Origin: an uncultured Bacteroidota bacterium
GTDB taxonomy: Bacteria; Bacteroidota; Bacteroidia; Bacteroidales; UBA12077
DNA length: 64,000 nucleotides
Assembly (NCBI GenBank): GCA_913055635.1
Contig: CAJXLK010000003.1
Location: 13,959-77,958, forward strand
Direction of reading: 5' to 3'
In this document: in pieces, positions 17,057 to 26,593 of the stretch
Numbering within the stretch: position 1 is the first letter of the stretch
How the letters are laid out: every line of letters begins with the position of its first letter
Made by a program: the position numbers and the translations under genes
Notes under the pieces: generated by a model
Seen by the model: the letters and a program-made list of their open reading frames with translations, nothing else
What the model was told of the DNA's origin: nothing
Databases searched by the model: none

Positions 17057-18529
17057 ATGTACCGCTATTTTACGTTTTTCGTTTTGACTGCTTTTATGCT
17101 GGTTCTTGCCGGTTGCCGGCAAAAACCTAATGTGGCCAATATCCCGGAGGGTGAATTCTGGAAGCGCCAGGGCATTCAAAATGTGCTTAAACCCTGGCAT
17201 AAGAATGCCCGGGATACCGCAGACCAGGCCTTTCATACTTATTTGAACCGCAAATGGAAACCCTACAACGGGCAGGAAAAATATCCCGGGATGATATCCC
17301 GCCACATCTTCAGCTATTCGGTGGGTTACCTGCTGAGTGGCGATGAGTCCTACCTTCAGCAGGCCTCGCGTTTGGCTGACTACATCATTGAACATGGCTG
17401 GGATGAAAAGTATGGGGGATGGTACAATAGCCTTAACCGCCAGGGTCATGTGAAGGATTCGGCCAAGGATGGTTTTTTTCAGCCCTATGCCATTGCCGGA
17501 CTGTCTATGTATTATTTTGTCACCCATGACCGGGAGGCATTGGATTATATCCGGCGATCCCACTGCATCATGCAGGAGCATGCCTGGGATTCAATCTATG
17601 GCGGATATTACCGCGGTCTGAACCGCAACCTGAGCCCTAAAAATACCGGCAAGGACTTCTCCCCCCAACTGGCTCCCGCCTCGGGCTATTTGATCTACCT
17701 GTATCTTGCCACCCGGGATTCTCAGTATTTGACTCAAATGAAAAAGATCATGCAAGTGGCGACCCACAAAATGTCGCCACCGGACAGCCCCTGGATCCTG
17801 GAGCGGTTTGACCGCCAGTGGAACCCTGCCCGGTCTGCCCGCCACGACAGCCTGGCATTGAATACAGGTCACCAGGCTGAGGTGGTTTGGATGCTTTTGA
17901 GGCTCTATGAACTCACTGAAAAGGATGATTATTTCAGCCAGGCCATGCAACTACAAAAGCCCCTGTACCAGTATGGTTTCGAACAAAAGAAGGGGGTTTG
18001 GTACCACCGTACCGGTTATCAGAATCCTTCCCTCCACAGCAGTTCATCCCCATGGTGGGTCCAGGCTTACGGCAACATGCTTTCGCTATACCTGTATCGC
18101 CAAACCGAAGAACAGCAATTCCTGAAAGCTTTTCGCCGGGGGGCGGACTATTGGAACCGTCATTTTATCGATGATGCCCATGGAGGAGCCTTTCTATCAG
18201 TCAAACTGGACGGAACACCCCTGAAAGCCAGTAAAGCCGTACGCAGTAAAACTTCTTACCACAGCCTCGAACATGCCCTGCTGAACTATATCTATACCAA
18301 TTTGTGGATTAAGGAAAAACCGGTGACACTCCATTTTAAAATCCCAGAGGCCAGGACTGGTGAAAAGTTGTACCCCCTGCCCGTGGAAGATGCAACCGCG
18401 CAAATCCTTCGGGCCGAAATCAATGGAGAACCCCGCCATGATTTGAATGCCCGAAAGGGTTTTATTAGCCTTCCCGCCGGGAAAGATATGAAAGTTAAAT
18501 TGGTGGTTGCACCAGGGCGAAAGAATTGA
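17057..18529 (+). CDS. N-acylglucosamine 2-epimerase (AGE) superfamily (alpha/alpha)6-barrel protein with lipoprotein signal
   Basis: Lipobox: FMLVLAGC. AGE-type repeats: MISRHIFSYSVGYLLSGDESYLQQASRLADYIIEHGWDEKYGGWYNSL, DGFFQPYAIAGLSMYY, AWDSIYGGYYRGL, HQAEVVWMLLRLYELT, DDAHGGAFLSV, YHSLEHAL. Confidence 0.65.
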   Translation: MYRYFTFFVLTAFMLVLAGCRQKPNVANIPEGEFWKRQGIQNVLKPWHKNARDTADQAFHTYLNRKWKPYNGQEKYPGMISRHIFSYSVGYLLSGDESYLQQASRLADYIIEHGWDEKYGGWYNSLNRQGHVKDSAKDGFFQPYAIAGLSMYYFVTHDREALDYIRRSHCIMQEHAWDSIYGGYYRGLNRNLSPKNTGKDFSPQLAPASGYLIYLYLATRDSQYLTQMKKIMQVATHKMSPPDSPWILERFDRQWNPARSARHDSLALNTGHQAEVVWMLLRLYELTEKDDYFSQAMQLQKPLYQYGFEQKKGVWYHRTGYQNPSLHSSSSPWWVQAYGNMLSLYLYRQTEEQQFLKAFRRGADYWNRHFIDDAHGGAFLSVKLDGTPLKASKAVRSKTSYHSLEHALLNYIYTNLWIKEKPVTLHFKIPEARTGEKLYPLPVEDATAQILRAEINGEPRHDLNARKGFISLPAGKDMKVKLVVAPGRKN

Positions 18530-18605
18530 CCGATGATATTTTTAAAGTTTGTATGCGTTGATGAGATCCTGCTTTATCTTCACAATAAATAAACCCCTTC
18601 ACTCT

Positions 18606-19457
18606 ATGATGTCTTTCTGTTTGAGATTGCAAAAACAACGGTTTTTTCTGCTGGCGGTGGCCGGTCTTTTTATGATCAATTCCCTGAAGGGCCAACCGAC
18701 AGGTGCCGGTCAGGATAGCTTGTTTTTCCGCTTATCTGGACCAAAAGAAAAGATGGACCTGGTACTGTTCGGTAAAAATCTGCCCCGGGATTCGCTGCGG
18801 GTTGAACTGATGACCAATCCCCGCTTTGGGGGTAAAAAGCAAAAGCTACCCCTGGCAGAGGCCATATTCAATAGTTCATCGGGTAGTTCGGAAAGCAATA
18901 GGGTAGGTGATGCAGGAGGTAACTCAGCAGGCCGTTCAGAAGATAACGCAGCACATAGCTTAGAAGGCAGATCGGGAGACAATTCAGCACGTAAACCAGA
19001 GGACCGTTCTGTAAAGAAATCAGAAGGTTATTCAGCAAGTAATTCGAAAGATCATACAGGATTTAATCCTGCAAGTACTTCAGAAGAAGCTTCCCCCGGA
19101 GAGATCATGATTTTTCGCGACCTCCCGGTGCAAAGGTTTCTGGGGCAGGACATCCGGGAAAATTATATTTCGCTTCATATCAAATCCTTCAAGCAAGCTT
19201 CCTTTTGTTTGTCGGCGGCTTATGCCATTGGAGCTTCTGATTACCCGAATCAGGAGCTTTTACAAAGACTGCTTAGGATCATCAAGGAAAAACCGGCCTG
19301 TTTGGAGCGCCACAGCCTGGCGTGCTATGTGCGGCCGCGCCCTTTGATATTTGAAGCCCGGAGTTATCACACCCTGCATGTGGAAGCCCCGGTGCGACAT
19401 CTTAAACCCGGTGTTCAGGAGGTTAAATGGCTGAACATCCTGTTTGGCGGGAAGTAA
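18606..19457 (+). CDS. Secreted hypothetical protein with a Ser/Asn/Gly/Asp/Arg-rich degenerate-repeat linker
   Basis: The probable start is MMSFCLRLQKQRFFLLAVAGLFMINSLKGQ (signal peptide). The low-complexity segment is SSGSSESNRVGDAGGNSAGRSEDNAAHSLEGRSGDNSARKPEDRSVKKSEGYSASNSKD. No family was recognised. Confidence 0.5.
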   Translation: MMSFCLRLQKQRFFLLAVAGLFMINSLKGQPTGAGQDSLFFRLSGPKEKMDLVLFGKNLPRDSLRVELMTNPRFGGKKQKLPLAEAIFNSSSGSSESNRVGDAGGNSAGRSEDNAAHSLEGRSGDNSARKPEDRSVKKSEGYSASNSKDHTGFNPASTSEEASPGEIMIFRDLPVQRFLGQDIRENYISLHIKSFKQASFCLSAAYAIGASDYPNQELLQRLLRIIKEKPACLERHSLACYVRPRPLIFEARSYHTLHVEAPVRHLKPGVQEVKWLNILFGGK

Positions 19458-19476
19458 TTTTTAAAAGTTTTGCTTT

Positions 19477-20958
19477 ATGCTTAAAACAAAGGCGATCACT
19501 GGATTTTTACTGACAGGTATGTTGATGTTGTGTTTTGGTGGATTGAAGGCACAAAAAAGTGAACCTGTACCGGCCGAATACATTCGACATTTTTTTGGGG
19601 CGGCTCATTTAAAGACCCAATATCATCCCTATGCCTCTTCCACCGGGGTAATCTGGTCGCGCATGGGCACCCGTTGGCATCAGCAGGAACCCCGGCGTGA
19701 TGAATATCGGTTCGGGCCATATGATGCCCTGGTAGAAAGTGCCCGTGAACATGGCATCAAAATATTGCCGCTGATTGGGCATTCAGCGCCCTGGGCAGCT
19801 GATGCTCCGGAAGGCTCAGACGAGGCCAACCGGTATGCCCCTTCAAAGGATATGATTGGTGAATGGAAAGAATATGTTGAGAAGGTGGTGGAGCGCTATC
19901 CCCACATTGAATACTTTGAGGTTTGGAATGAGCCCAACATCGACTGGTTTTTGCGGGCTGACACCAACTACCGGGTTTATGTGGATCGGATTTTAATTCC
20001 GGCGGCAAAGGTGATCCATGGCCATGGGCGCAAGGTGGTGGGACCGTCTTTTACCACCGAGTGGCCGATGGATTCGTGGCCCCCAAAAAAACGACCCCGC
20101 AGGCATGCAGAGAATGTGGCTTCCAACATACACGATATCAACCGGTGGCTTTCTTACCGGGATGCCTGGAAGCATATTGATATTTTGGCCATCCACTATC
20201 CCCACGGGGATACCCGAAAACCTTCCCGGCCCTATGCCGACAACATGATGCGGTTTTATGATTATGTCTACACCAAATGGATTGAGCCGGGAAAGCTGGA
20301 AGGCATATGGAATACGGAAGCCGGTTTTGCCGGGGTCGAAGCCGGCATGCAGGGCTTTGTTGCCCTCGATCCCTGGGAACATGAACCCCTTGAGCAGTGG
20401 GTGGCCCGGTATGTGATTCCGCCCCTGCACTGGAGCATCCGTCATAACTGGCACTTCCGCGATCAATACAAGTTGTTTTGGTACCATATGTCGGTGGGCG
20501 ATCACCCGCGCGATATGCTGACCCGGGAAGACGGGAAGATCATCCCCTCCAGCCGGAGCAAAGCGCTCCGAACCATTGGACGCCTTCTGACCGGCCAAAA
20601 TAAAACCGGTATTTATCCCAACCCTGTCCGCACCGGTTATGGCATATTCTCAAGGGATACCAGCGCCATCAATTATTTTGCCCCTTATGAGATGAAAAAC
20701 TATGCCTTTACCGTGGATAACCGGATCGTCATAGCCATTTGGGCCCAGCTAACCGGTAAAACGGCTTTTAACCAGCCCCTGCAGGTTATCGTCGGCGGCC
20801 TTGACCACCAGAATTACCAGGTGACCCAAACCCATTACATCAGCGGCAAACAAACAGACCTGGACGATTATATCCTCAACAACCAGGGCAGGATGCGGTT
20901 GAAAATCCCGCCCCTCGAGGATCCCATTATTTATATAACCCTTAAGCCGGAATCTTAA
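19477..20958 (+). CDS. Secreted clan GH-A (TIM-barrel) glycoside hydrolase, family not resolved (GH5/GH39-like)
   Basis: Signal peptide: MLKTKAITGFLLTGMLMLCFGGLKAQ. The acid/base motif is YFEVWNEPN and the candidate nucleophile is IWNTEAGF, in the spacing typical of clan GH-A. Confidence 0.65.
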   Translation: MLKTKAITGFLLTGMLMLCFGGLKAQKSEPVPAEYIRHFFGAAHLKTQYHPYASSTGVIWSRMGTRWHQQEPRRDEYRFGPYDALVESAREHGIKILPLIGHSAPWAADAPEGSDEANRYAPSKDMIGEWKEYVEKVVERYPHIEYFEVWNEPNIDWFLRADTNYRVYVDRILIPAAKVIHGHGRKVVGPSFTTEWPMDSWPPKKRPRRHAENVASNIHDINRWLSYRDAWKHIDILAIHYPHGDTRKPSRPYADNMMRFYDYVYTKWIEPGKLEGIWNTEAGFAGVEAGMQGFVALDPWEHEPLEQWVARYVIPPLHWSIRHNWHFRDQYKLFWYHMSVGDHPRDMLTREDGKIIPSSRSKALRTIGRLLTGQNKTGIYPNPVRTGYGIFSRDTSAINYFAPYEMKNYAFTVDNRIVIAIWAQLTGKTAFNQPLQVIVGGLDHQNYQVTQTHYISGKQTDLDDYILNNQGRMRLKIPPLEDPIIYITLKPES

Positions 20959-21262
20959 TCTTAAACCGGAATCTTAATTCGATCTTTAGACCTATGAGCC
21001 ATATAATAATTATATATCATTCGTCAAAAAAGCCTTAAAATGATATCGCGATTGATCTGTAAGCCTTGGTCAGGAATTCTTACACCCGAATCTTGATTGG
21101 ATTTTAGACCTTTGATCTATATAAGATTTTATGTATATAATTAGAAAAAAACCTTGAACCTGTATCTTGATTTGATCTGTAAGCTTTGATCAAGATAAGA
21201 ATTATGTATACAATTAGTTAGGAAATTTTAACCCCCAACATGGATTTGATCTGTAACCTTTG
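20947..21262. repeat. Degenerate tandem repeat (~120-bp period, about 2.6 copies) between the GH-A and GH38 genes
   Basis: CCGGAATCTTAA occurs at 20947 and 20966, and CCCGAATCTTGA at 21085. GATCTTTAGACCT and GATTTTAGACCT follow. TTGATCTGTAAGC[CT]TTG occurs at 21052 and 21172, and TTGATCTGTAACCTTTG at 21246, just before the GH38 start. The first copy overlaps the stop codon of the upstream gene. Confidence 0.75.
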
Positions 21263-21268
21263 AATGAT

Positions 21269-24200
21269 ATGAAAACCCAAACCCTGGCAACTATTTTTAC
21301 CATCGTGTCGATGTTTGCATTGACACCAGCTGTGGCTCAGTCTGAGCAGAATTATGACCTTACCGAAGACCATGTGCTTTATATGGTGGGCTATGCCCAT
21401 CTGGACACGGAGTGGCGATGGGATTATCCCACCACCATCAATAAGTATTTGAAGAATACCCTCGATGACAATTTCCGGTTGTTTGAGAAGTATCCGGATT
21501 ATGTATTCAATTTTACCGGCTCGCGTCGCTACAAGCTGATGCATGAGTATTACCCTGGCCGGTACGATACCCTGAAAAAGTATATTGACCGAGGGCGTTG
21601 GCGTGTTTCCGGATCATCGGTGGATGAAGGCGATGTGAATGCCGCTTCCCCTGAGTCGGTCATTCGACAGGTCCTCTATGGCAACCAGTACTTCCGCAAG
21701 GCTTTCGGGAAGGAGAGTGTGGATTATATGCTGCCTGACTGTTTTGGTTTCCAGGCCCACCTGCCCTCAGTGTGGGCGCATTGTGGCATTAAAGGTTTTT
21801 CCACCCAAAAGCTGAAATGGGGTTCGGCCGTGGGGGTTCCCTTCAATGTAGGGCGATGGAAAGGCCCTGACGGAGAATCTGTGATCATGGTCAACAGCAT
21901 TCGTTCTTATGGGGGTGAAGTGGAGCCGAGGGTGGATACCTCCGATTTTTTCCTGAACCGCCTGGAGAATATGCGTAAAAAATACGGTTTTTCGGTGGGG
22001 TACAGTTATTATGGGGTAGGCGATATTGGGGGAGCCCCACGTGAGGAGGATGTGCGCCACCTGATGCATTCGCTGGATCATAGTGGCAGCGATATGAAAA
22101 TAGTGGCCGGGTCGAGCGATCAGCTTTACCGGGATATGACCCCTGCTTTGAAGGAGAAACTGCCTGTTTACAAGGGCGATTTTTTGTTAACCGAACATTC
22201 GGCGGCATCGATCACCTCGCAGGCTTATATGAAAAGATGGAACCGGATGAACGAGAAGATGGCGCAGTCGGCTGAATTGTCGGCAGCGATGGCTGACTGG
22301 ACCGGCGCCATCGATTATCCTTTTGGTAAGCTTAATGATTCATGGGAACTGGTTCTGGGAAGCCAGATGCATGATATCATTCCCGGCACCAGCATTCCTT
22401 CGGCCTATCATTATGCCTGGAATGATGAGGTGATTGCCATGAATGGTTTTGCGGCTGTGGAAAAGGATGCGGTAGGGGCCTTCTCAGAGATGTTGGATAC
22501 CGATGTAGAGGGTAGGCCGATCGTGGTTTACAATCCTGTATCGCGAAGCAGGGAAGACATTGTAGAGGTCACCCTTCGGGATGGGGCGTATAACCGGGTC
22601 CAGGTATATGATCCGGAGGGCAGGCCCGTTGCGACCCAGATTGTTTCAGCCGGTCAGGGCAAGACTGACCTGATCTTTTCAGCAAAGGTGCCTTCGGCGG
22701 GGTATGCCGTTTATGAGGTTCGTCCCGGCGAAGGGGGTAATCGTGGGGGTGGTGCTTTGCGGGTAAGCGACAGCACCCTGGAAAATGCCTGTTACCGGGT
22801 TCGTTTGAATGGTCAGGGCGATGTGGCCTCGGTGTATGATAAACGCCAGCAACGGGAGCTGCTGGAATCGCCTGTCAGGCTGGCCTTTCTCAAAGCCAAC
22901 CCGCGTATGTGGCCGGCCTGGAACATGTCGTGGCGCGAGCGCATCCACAAACCTGTGGGTTACGTTGGGGGGAACGCCCAGGTAAGAATCAAGGAGAAAG
23001 GCCCGGTGAGGGTGGCCCTGGAAGTCACCCGTCAAAGCCACGGATCCACTTTCCGTCAGACCATCTCCCTGGCTGCCGGTGAAGCCGGCCAACGCCTGAC
23101 CTTTGACAACAAGATGCGGTGGCAGACCCGCGGGAAAACCCTCAAAGCCGTTTTTCCCCTGAAGGCTCATAATTTTGAGGCCCGCTACAACCTTGGCCTT
23201 GGCACCATCCAGCGCCCCAGCAACCACTCACGCAAATACGAGGTGCCCTCCCGCCGGTGGATCGACCTGACCGACACCAGCGGCCTCTATGGCATTTCGA
23301 TCCTTGACAATGGCAAGCACGGCTCCGATAAACCTGACGGCAACACCCTCCGCCTGACCCTCTTGCACACCCCGGTAGCCAACACCTACCACGACCAGGC
23401 CACCCAGGATTTCGGAACCCATCGCTTCACCTATGCCCTCTATGGCCATTCCGGCAACTGGAATAAGGGCGGCACTGAATGGCAGGGACTGGCAATGAAC
23501 CAGCCCCTCCAGGCTTACAGCGTGCCCCGGCACGAAGGCCCCCTGGGTAAAACCTATTCTTTTGCTACACTCAACAGCGATGAGGTGGCCATTCGCGCCT
23601 TTAAAAAAGCCGAAGACGGCCAAAGCTATATTGTCCGTTTGCAGGAGCTTTCCGGCAACCCGACAACGGATCTGACCCTCGATCTGGGCCCCGCCATTGT
23701 CGATGCCATCGAGGTGGACGGCCAGGAAAGGCCGATCGGCCAGGGGAACATTGCCAACGGCAACCTGCATTTGGACATGCAGGGGTATGCCATCAGAAGC
23801 TTTTCCCTCCGGCTGGAATCGCCTTCGATAGATCTTAAAAACCCCGTCCGCTCCATGACGACCCCTGCATCTCGTCCCGTTAAGTTGCCGTGGAACATGG
23901 ATGCCGTTAGCCCGGATCAAAATCGCTCTGACGGGGCAATTGATGATTCCGGAAGAACCTACCCCGCGGAAATGCTTCCCCGGGAAATCATCAGCGAAGA
24001 CATTCCCTTCCGCCTGAATGGTCTGGATGAGGGTCAAAACAATGCCGTGCGCTGCTCCGGGCAGACCATTGAACTGCCCCGCGGTTCATACAACAAAGTG
24101 TATATCCTGGCAGCTGCTAAAAAGCAGACCAACGCCCAATTCCGCCTTGGTGAACAACGGGAGACCTTCTCCGTTCAACCCTGGATGGGGTTTGTGGGTC

Positions 24201-25114
24201 AGTGGGACCGCCGCGTCTTTGCTTCACCTGAACAACGCCATGTTAAAAGAATCGAACCGGGTTATATCCTGCGCGACAACATCGCCTGGTTTGCCACCCA
24301 CCATCACCGCCCCGGTAAAAATGTGGCCTATGAATATGCTTACCTCTTTAAATATGCCATGGATGTACCGGAAGGAGCCCGAACGCTGAAATTGCCGAAT
24401 AACCCCAATGTGATGGTTTTTGCCGTTACGGTGGCCGATCAGTCGCATGACCGCGCCCGGCCCCTGAGTCCGCTTTATGATGAGCTTTCCGGCCGTAAGG
24501 GTTTTAAACTCGGCAGCCCCGAACATTATGGCGATGAACTCGAACCTTATGCACAGCTCGATAAGGTGCAGAAGAATGATCCGGAAGCTCTTTTTGATCA
24601 GATTTCAGGTGGCGATTATGCCAATTTGACTTCGCTGAACGGGGTGACCATGACCTATTATCCTGAAGGGGAGGCCTATACCCGGGCTTCGGTCAGGGGC
24701 GAAAAGCTCCTGCTGCAGGATAATTTTGACGGGCAGGGCAAGTCGCTGGGCAGTTTTGATGAGGTGATCTGGTATGACAACGGCGAAGGCCGTTACGTGA
24801 TGGATCTGCAGCAACCTGTTTCCATCGACAGCATCCGGACCTATTCGCCGGTGTTTTCCCATTATGGCATACCTGTCTACACCGTCTGGGCCACCAACGA
24901 TCCGGATCCACAGGTGAAAGGCAACCCCAAAGACCATGGATGGACCTACCTGGGGGCCAACCGCAAAGGCAATGTCTGGGGCAAGGCCTGGAACCGCACC
25001 ACCATCCGGATGCCCCAAAAGGCGAGAAATTTCAGGCACATCATGTGGGTGGCCGACCAAAACTGGCACGGTACCCATTATTTCTTTGAGGTGGATGTTT
25101 TCCGGGATGAGTAA
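21269..25114 (+). CDS. Secreted GH38 alpha-mannosidase with long C-terminal extension (discoidin/CBM32-like end)
   Basis: Signal peptide: MKTQTLATIFTIVSMFALTPAVAQ. GH38 N-terminal metal site: VGYAHLDTEWRWDY. Nucleophile motif: DYMLPDCFGFQ. Also SQMHDIIPGTS. The C-terminus (VMDLQQPVSIDSIRTYS...HYFFEVDVF) resembles an F5/8 type C domain. The ATG at 21269 is preferred over the TTG at 21260. Confidence 0.85.
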   Translation: MKTQTLATIFTIVSMFALTPAVAQSEQNYDLTEDHVLYMVGYAHLDTEWRWDYPTTINKYLKNTLDDNFRLFEKYPDYVFNFTGSRRYKLMHEYYPGRYDTLKKYIDRGRWRVSGSSVDEGDVNAASPESVIRQVLYGNQYFRKAFGKESVDYMLPDCFGFQAHLPSVWAHCGIKGFSTQKLKWGSAVGVPFNVGRWKGPDGESVIMVNSIRSYGGEVEPRVDTSDFFLNRLENMRKKYGFSVGYSYYGVGDIGGAPREEDVRHLMHSLDHSGSDMKIVAGSSDQLYRDMTPALKEKLPVYKGDFLLTEHSAASITSQAYMKRWNRMNEKMAQSAELSAAMADWTGAIDYPFGKLNDSWELVLGSQMHDIIPGTSIPSAYHYAWNDEVIAMNGFAAVEKDAVGAFSEMLDTDVEGRPIVVYNPVSRSREDIVEVTLRDGAYNRVQVYDPEGRPVATQIVSAGQGKTDLIFSAKVPSAGYAVYEVRPGEGGNRGGGALRVSDSTLENACYRVRLNGQGDVASVYDKRQQRELLESPVRLAFLKANPRMWPAWNMSWRERIHKPVGYVGGNAQVRIKEKGPVRVALEVTRQSHGSTFRQTISLAAGEAGQRLTFDNKMRWQTRGKTLKAVFPLKAHNFEARYNLGLGTIQRPSNHSRKYEVPSRRWIDLTDTSGLYGISILDNGKHGSDKPDGNTLRLTLLHTPVANTYHDQATQDFGTHRFTYALYGHSGNWNKGGTEWQGLAMNQPLQAYSVPRHEGPLGKTYSFATLNSDEVAIRAFKKAEDGQSYIVRLQELSGNPTTDLTLDLGPAIVDAIEVDGQERPIGQGNIANGNLHLDMQGYAIRSFSLRLESPSIDLKNPVRSMTTPASRPVKLPWNMDAVSPDQNRSDGAIDDSGRTYPAEMLPREIISEDIPFRLNGLDEGQNNAVRCSGQTIELPRGSYNKVYILAAAKKQTNAQFRLGEQRETFSVQPWMGFVGQWDRRVFASPEQRHVKRIEPGYILRDNIAWFATHHHRPGKNVAYEYAYLFKYAMDVPEGARTLKLPNNPNVMVFAVTVADQSHDRARPLSPLYDELSGRKGFKLGSPEHYGDELEPYAQLDKVQKNDPEALFDQISGGDYANLTSLNGVTMTYYPEGEAYTRASVRGEKLLLQDNFDGQGKSLGSFDEVIWYDNGEGRYVMDLQQPVSIDSIRTYSPVFSHYGIPVYTVWATNDPDPQVKGNPKDHGWTYLGANRKGNVWGKAWNRTTIRMPQKARNFRHIMWVADQNWHGTHYFFEVDVFRDE

Positions 25115-25125
25115 GTTTTCGTTGA

Positions 25126-26154
25126 ATGGAGGCAAACAGATCTGTTGAACGGGTGTTGGTGATGGGGACAGGGCATATGGCCGCCCATTGCCCCGGGAAA
25201 CTTGGAGATGGCCTGATCCTGGGTGCACTGGCTTCCTGGCTTCATGCAAAGGGGCGTGAAGTGCACCTGGTCACCAATCCTGTCGTTTATCCCTATCTGA
25301 GGGCAACTTATTCATATGGGATGACGCAGGTGGAGGATGATTTTAAAATTTGGAAGGAGCACCGATCGCTTTTGGCTTGGGCTGATGGATTGATCATTCC
25401 TAAACCCGGGGGCGATCGGGCTGTTGGTTGGTTAATTGGGCAGGCTTTAGGTAGTGGCAAGCTGAACCCTTCTGCCGTCCTTCATATGAAGAACCTGGAA
25501 GCCTACAACGGCACTGAGCATATCATGCAGCAACTGACCCGGCAGGTGGTGGCTTTCCTTTGGGATGTATCGCCTGATAAGACCCGGGTTGGGCTGGCCG
25601 ATACCGGCACAAGCCTTAAAGCTGATCCGGGGGGATTGTTGCCCCGGGCATACCATTCACTTGATCAGGTGCACGAACTGTATGATCAGCGCATTCCGGA
25701 AAACTTGATATTACCGGTTGCCGGCGATTACAATAAGGCTCTTTCCACCCCTCAATGCCAGGAGGCGGTGGATTGCTTAAGGCCTCATATCTTATTCGCC
25801 GGCACCCTTTTTGGGCGCGATCATGACCAGATCGGTCGGTTGAGGTGGTCGCTGAACCGGATTGAACCGCATCAATTGATGTGCCTTTCGATGGCAGCGC
25901 TTTTTGAGGCGGCTATCCATGCAAAGCGCATCATCAGTGCCGACAGCGGCTTGCTATGGTTGGTGACAGGATTCCTTAACGACCGGGTGCTTCGTGGCGG
26001 GCTGTCTGAAAGCACCTATCCGGAAATCATCGTTGTCCATCAGGGACACCAGGCCCGGGTACCCGCCTTTGAAATCTGGCATCCCCTGTTGGCTTATCCC
26101 GGCAAACTTAAAGTTGCCGGCAGCTCAGGGCAGTCACTCCAGGATGTTTTATGA
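25126..26154 (+). CDS. Cytoplasmic GT-B-like protein, weak resemblance to glycosyltransferase family 9 (heptosyltransferase-like)
   Basis: There is no signal peptide. RVLVMGTGHMAAHCPGKLGDGLILGALASWLHAKGREVHLVTNP resembles the GT9 N-terminal LGD motif region. AKRIISADSGLLWLVTGF resembles the GT9 C-terminal DSGxxHLA motif. The assignment is tentative. Confidence 0.4.
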   Translation: MEANRSVERVLVMGTGHMAAHCPGKLGDGLILGALASWLHAKGREVHLVTNPVVYPYLRATYSYGMTQVEDDFKIWKEHRSLLAWADGLIIPKPGGDRAVGWLIGQALGSGKLNPSAVLHMKNLEAYNGTEHIMQQLTRQVVAFLWDVSPDKTRVGLADTGTSLKADPGGLLPRAYHSLDQVHELYDQRIPENLILPVAGDYNKALSTPQCQEAVDCLRPHILFAGTLFGRDHDQIGRLRWSLNRIEPHQLMCLSMAALFEAAIHAKRIISADSGLLWLVTGFLNDRVLRGGLSESTYPEIIVVHQGHQARVPAFEIWHPLLAYPGKLKVAGSSGQSLQDVL

Positions 26155-26225
26155 ATCCTTCCCGTTTTGTTTATTATTGGTATGGGGCCCACATTATAAA
26201 AATTTTTATTTAATATTGGCCCCAA

Positions 26226-26257
26226 AATGGAACCTGATTTTTCGGGCCGGTTCCATT
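26226..26257 (+). terminator. Possible terminator hairpin after the GT9-like gene
   Basis: AATGGAACC (26226-26234) / GGTTCCATT (26249-26257) form a perfect 9-bp stem with a 14-nt loop. The T-tract is weak (TTAATC). Confidence 0.35.
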
Positions 26258-26370
26258 TAATCAGCCGGCGCTGGCAGGGCAGGTTTCCCTCTAAGTCCGG
26301 GGTAGCGTGGGTTGATGCTATGCCATCTTCATATAGTTGGTATACTGGGAGTTGCCGTTCGACCGCCCTC

Positions 26371-26480
26371 TATTAATTAAATTTTTGTTAATTCAACTTA
26401 AAATTTTTAAAAAATTTTATATATATTTGAATTGTTATAAAATTAATTTAAATAGTATGCGACCATGAACATCTTCTTTT
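26371..26480 (+). promoter_or_regulatory. AT-rich promoter/operator region of PUL-1
   Basis: The region contains TATTAATTAAATTTTTGTTAATTC (26371-26394), TATATTTG (26422-26429, matching the Bacteroidota -7 box TAnnTTTG), TTATAAAATT (26435-26444) and ATCTTCTTTT (26471-26480). The last two motifs and the first also occur upstream of PUL-2 and/or the ROK regulator. Confidence 0.5.
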
Positions 26481-26593
26481 GTCGAATTGCTCAACCCAAC
26501 TTTTCGGATCCTCGATTACCGGCTTTTTTACCCACCAATGCCATTCAGGATCCCAACAGTCACTTTATTTTTAAATAGCAAAATTTCATAACC

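Noticed and set aside
20947-21262. Mobile element / MITE interpretation of the intergenic repeats, and mobile elements in general
   Set aside because: No transposase, integrase, terminal inverted repeats or target-site duplications were found anywhere in the window. The repeats are head-to-tail and confined to one spacer.
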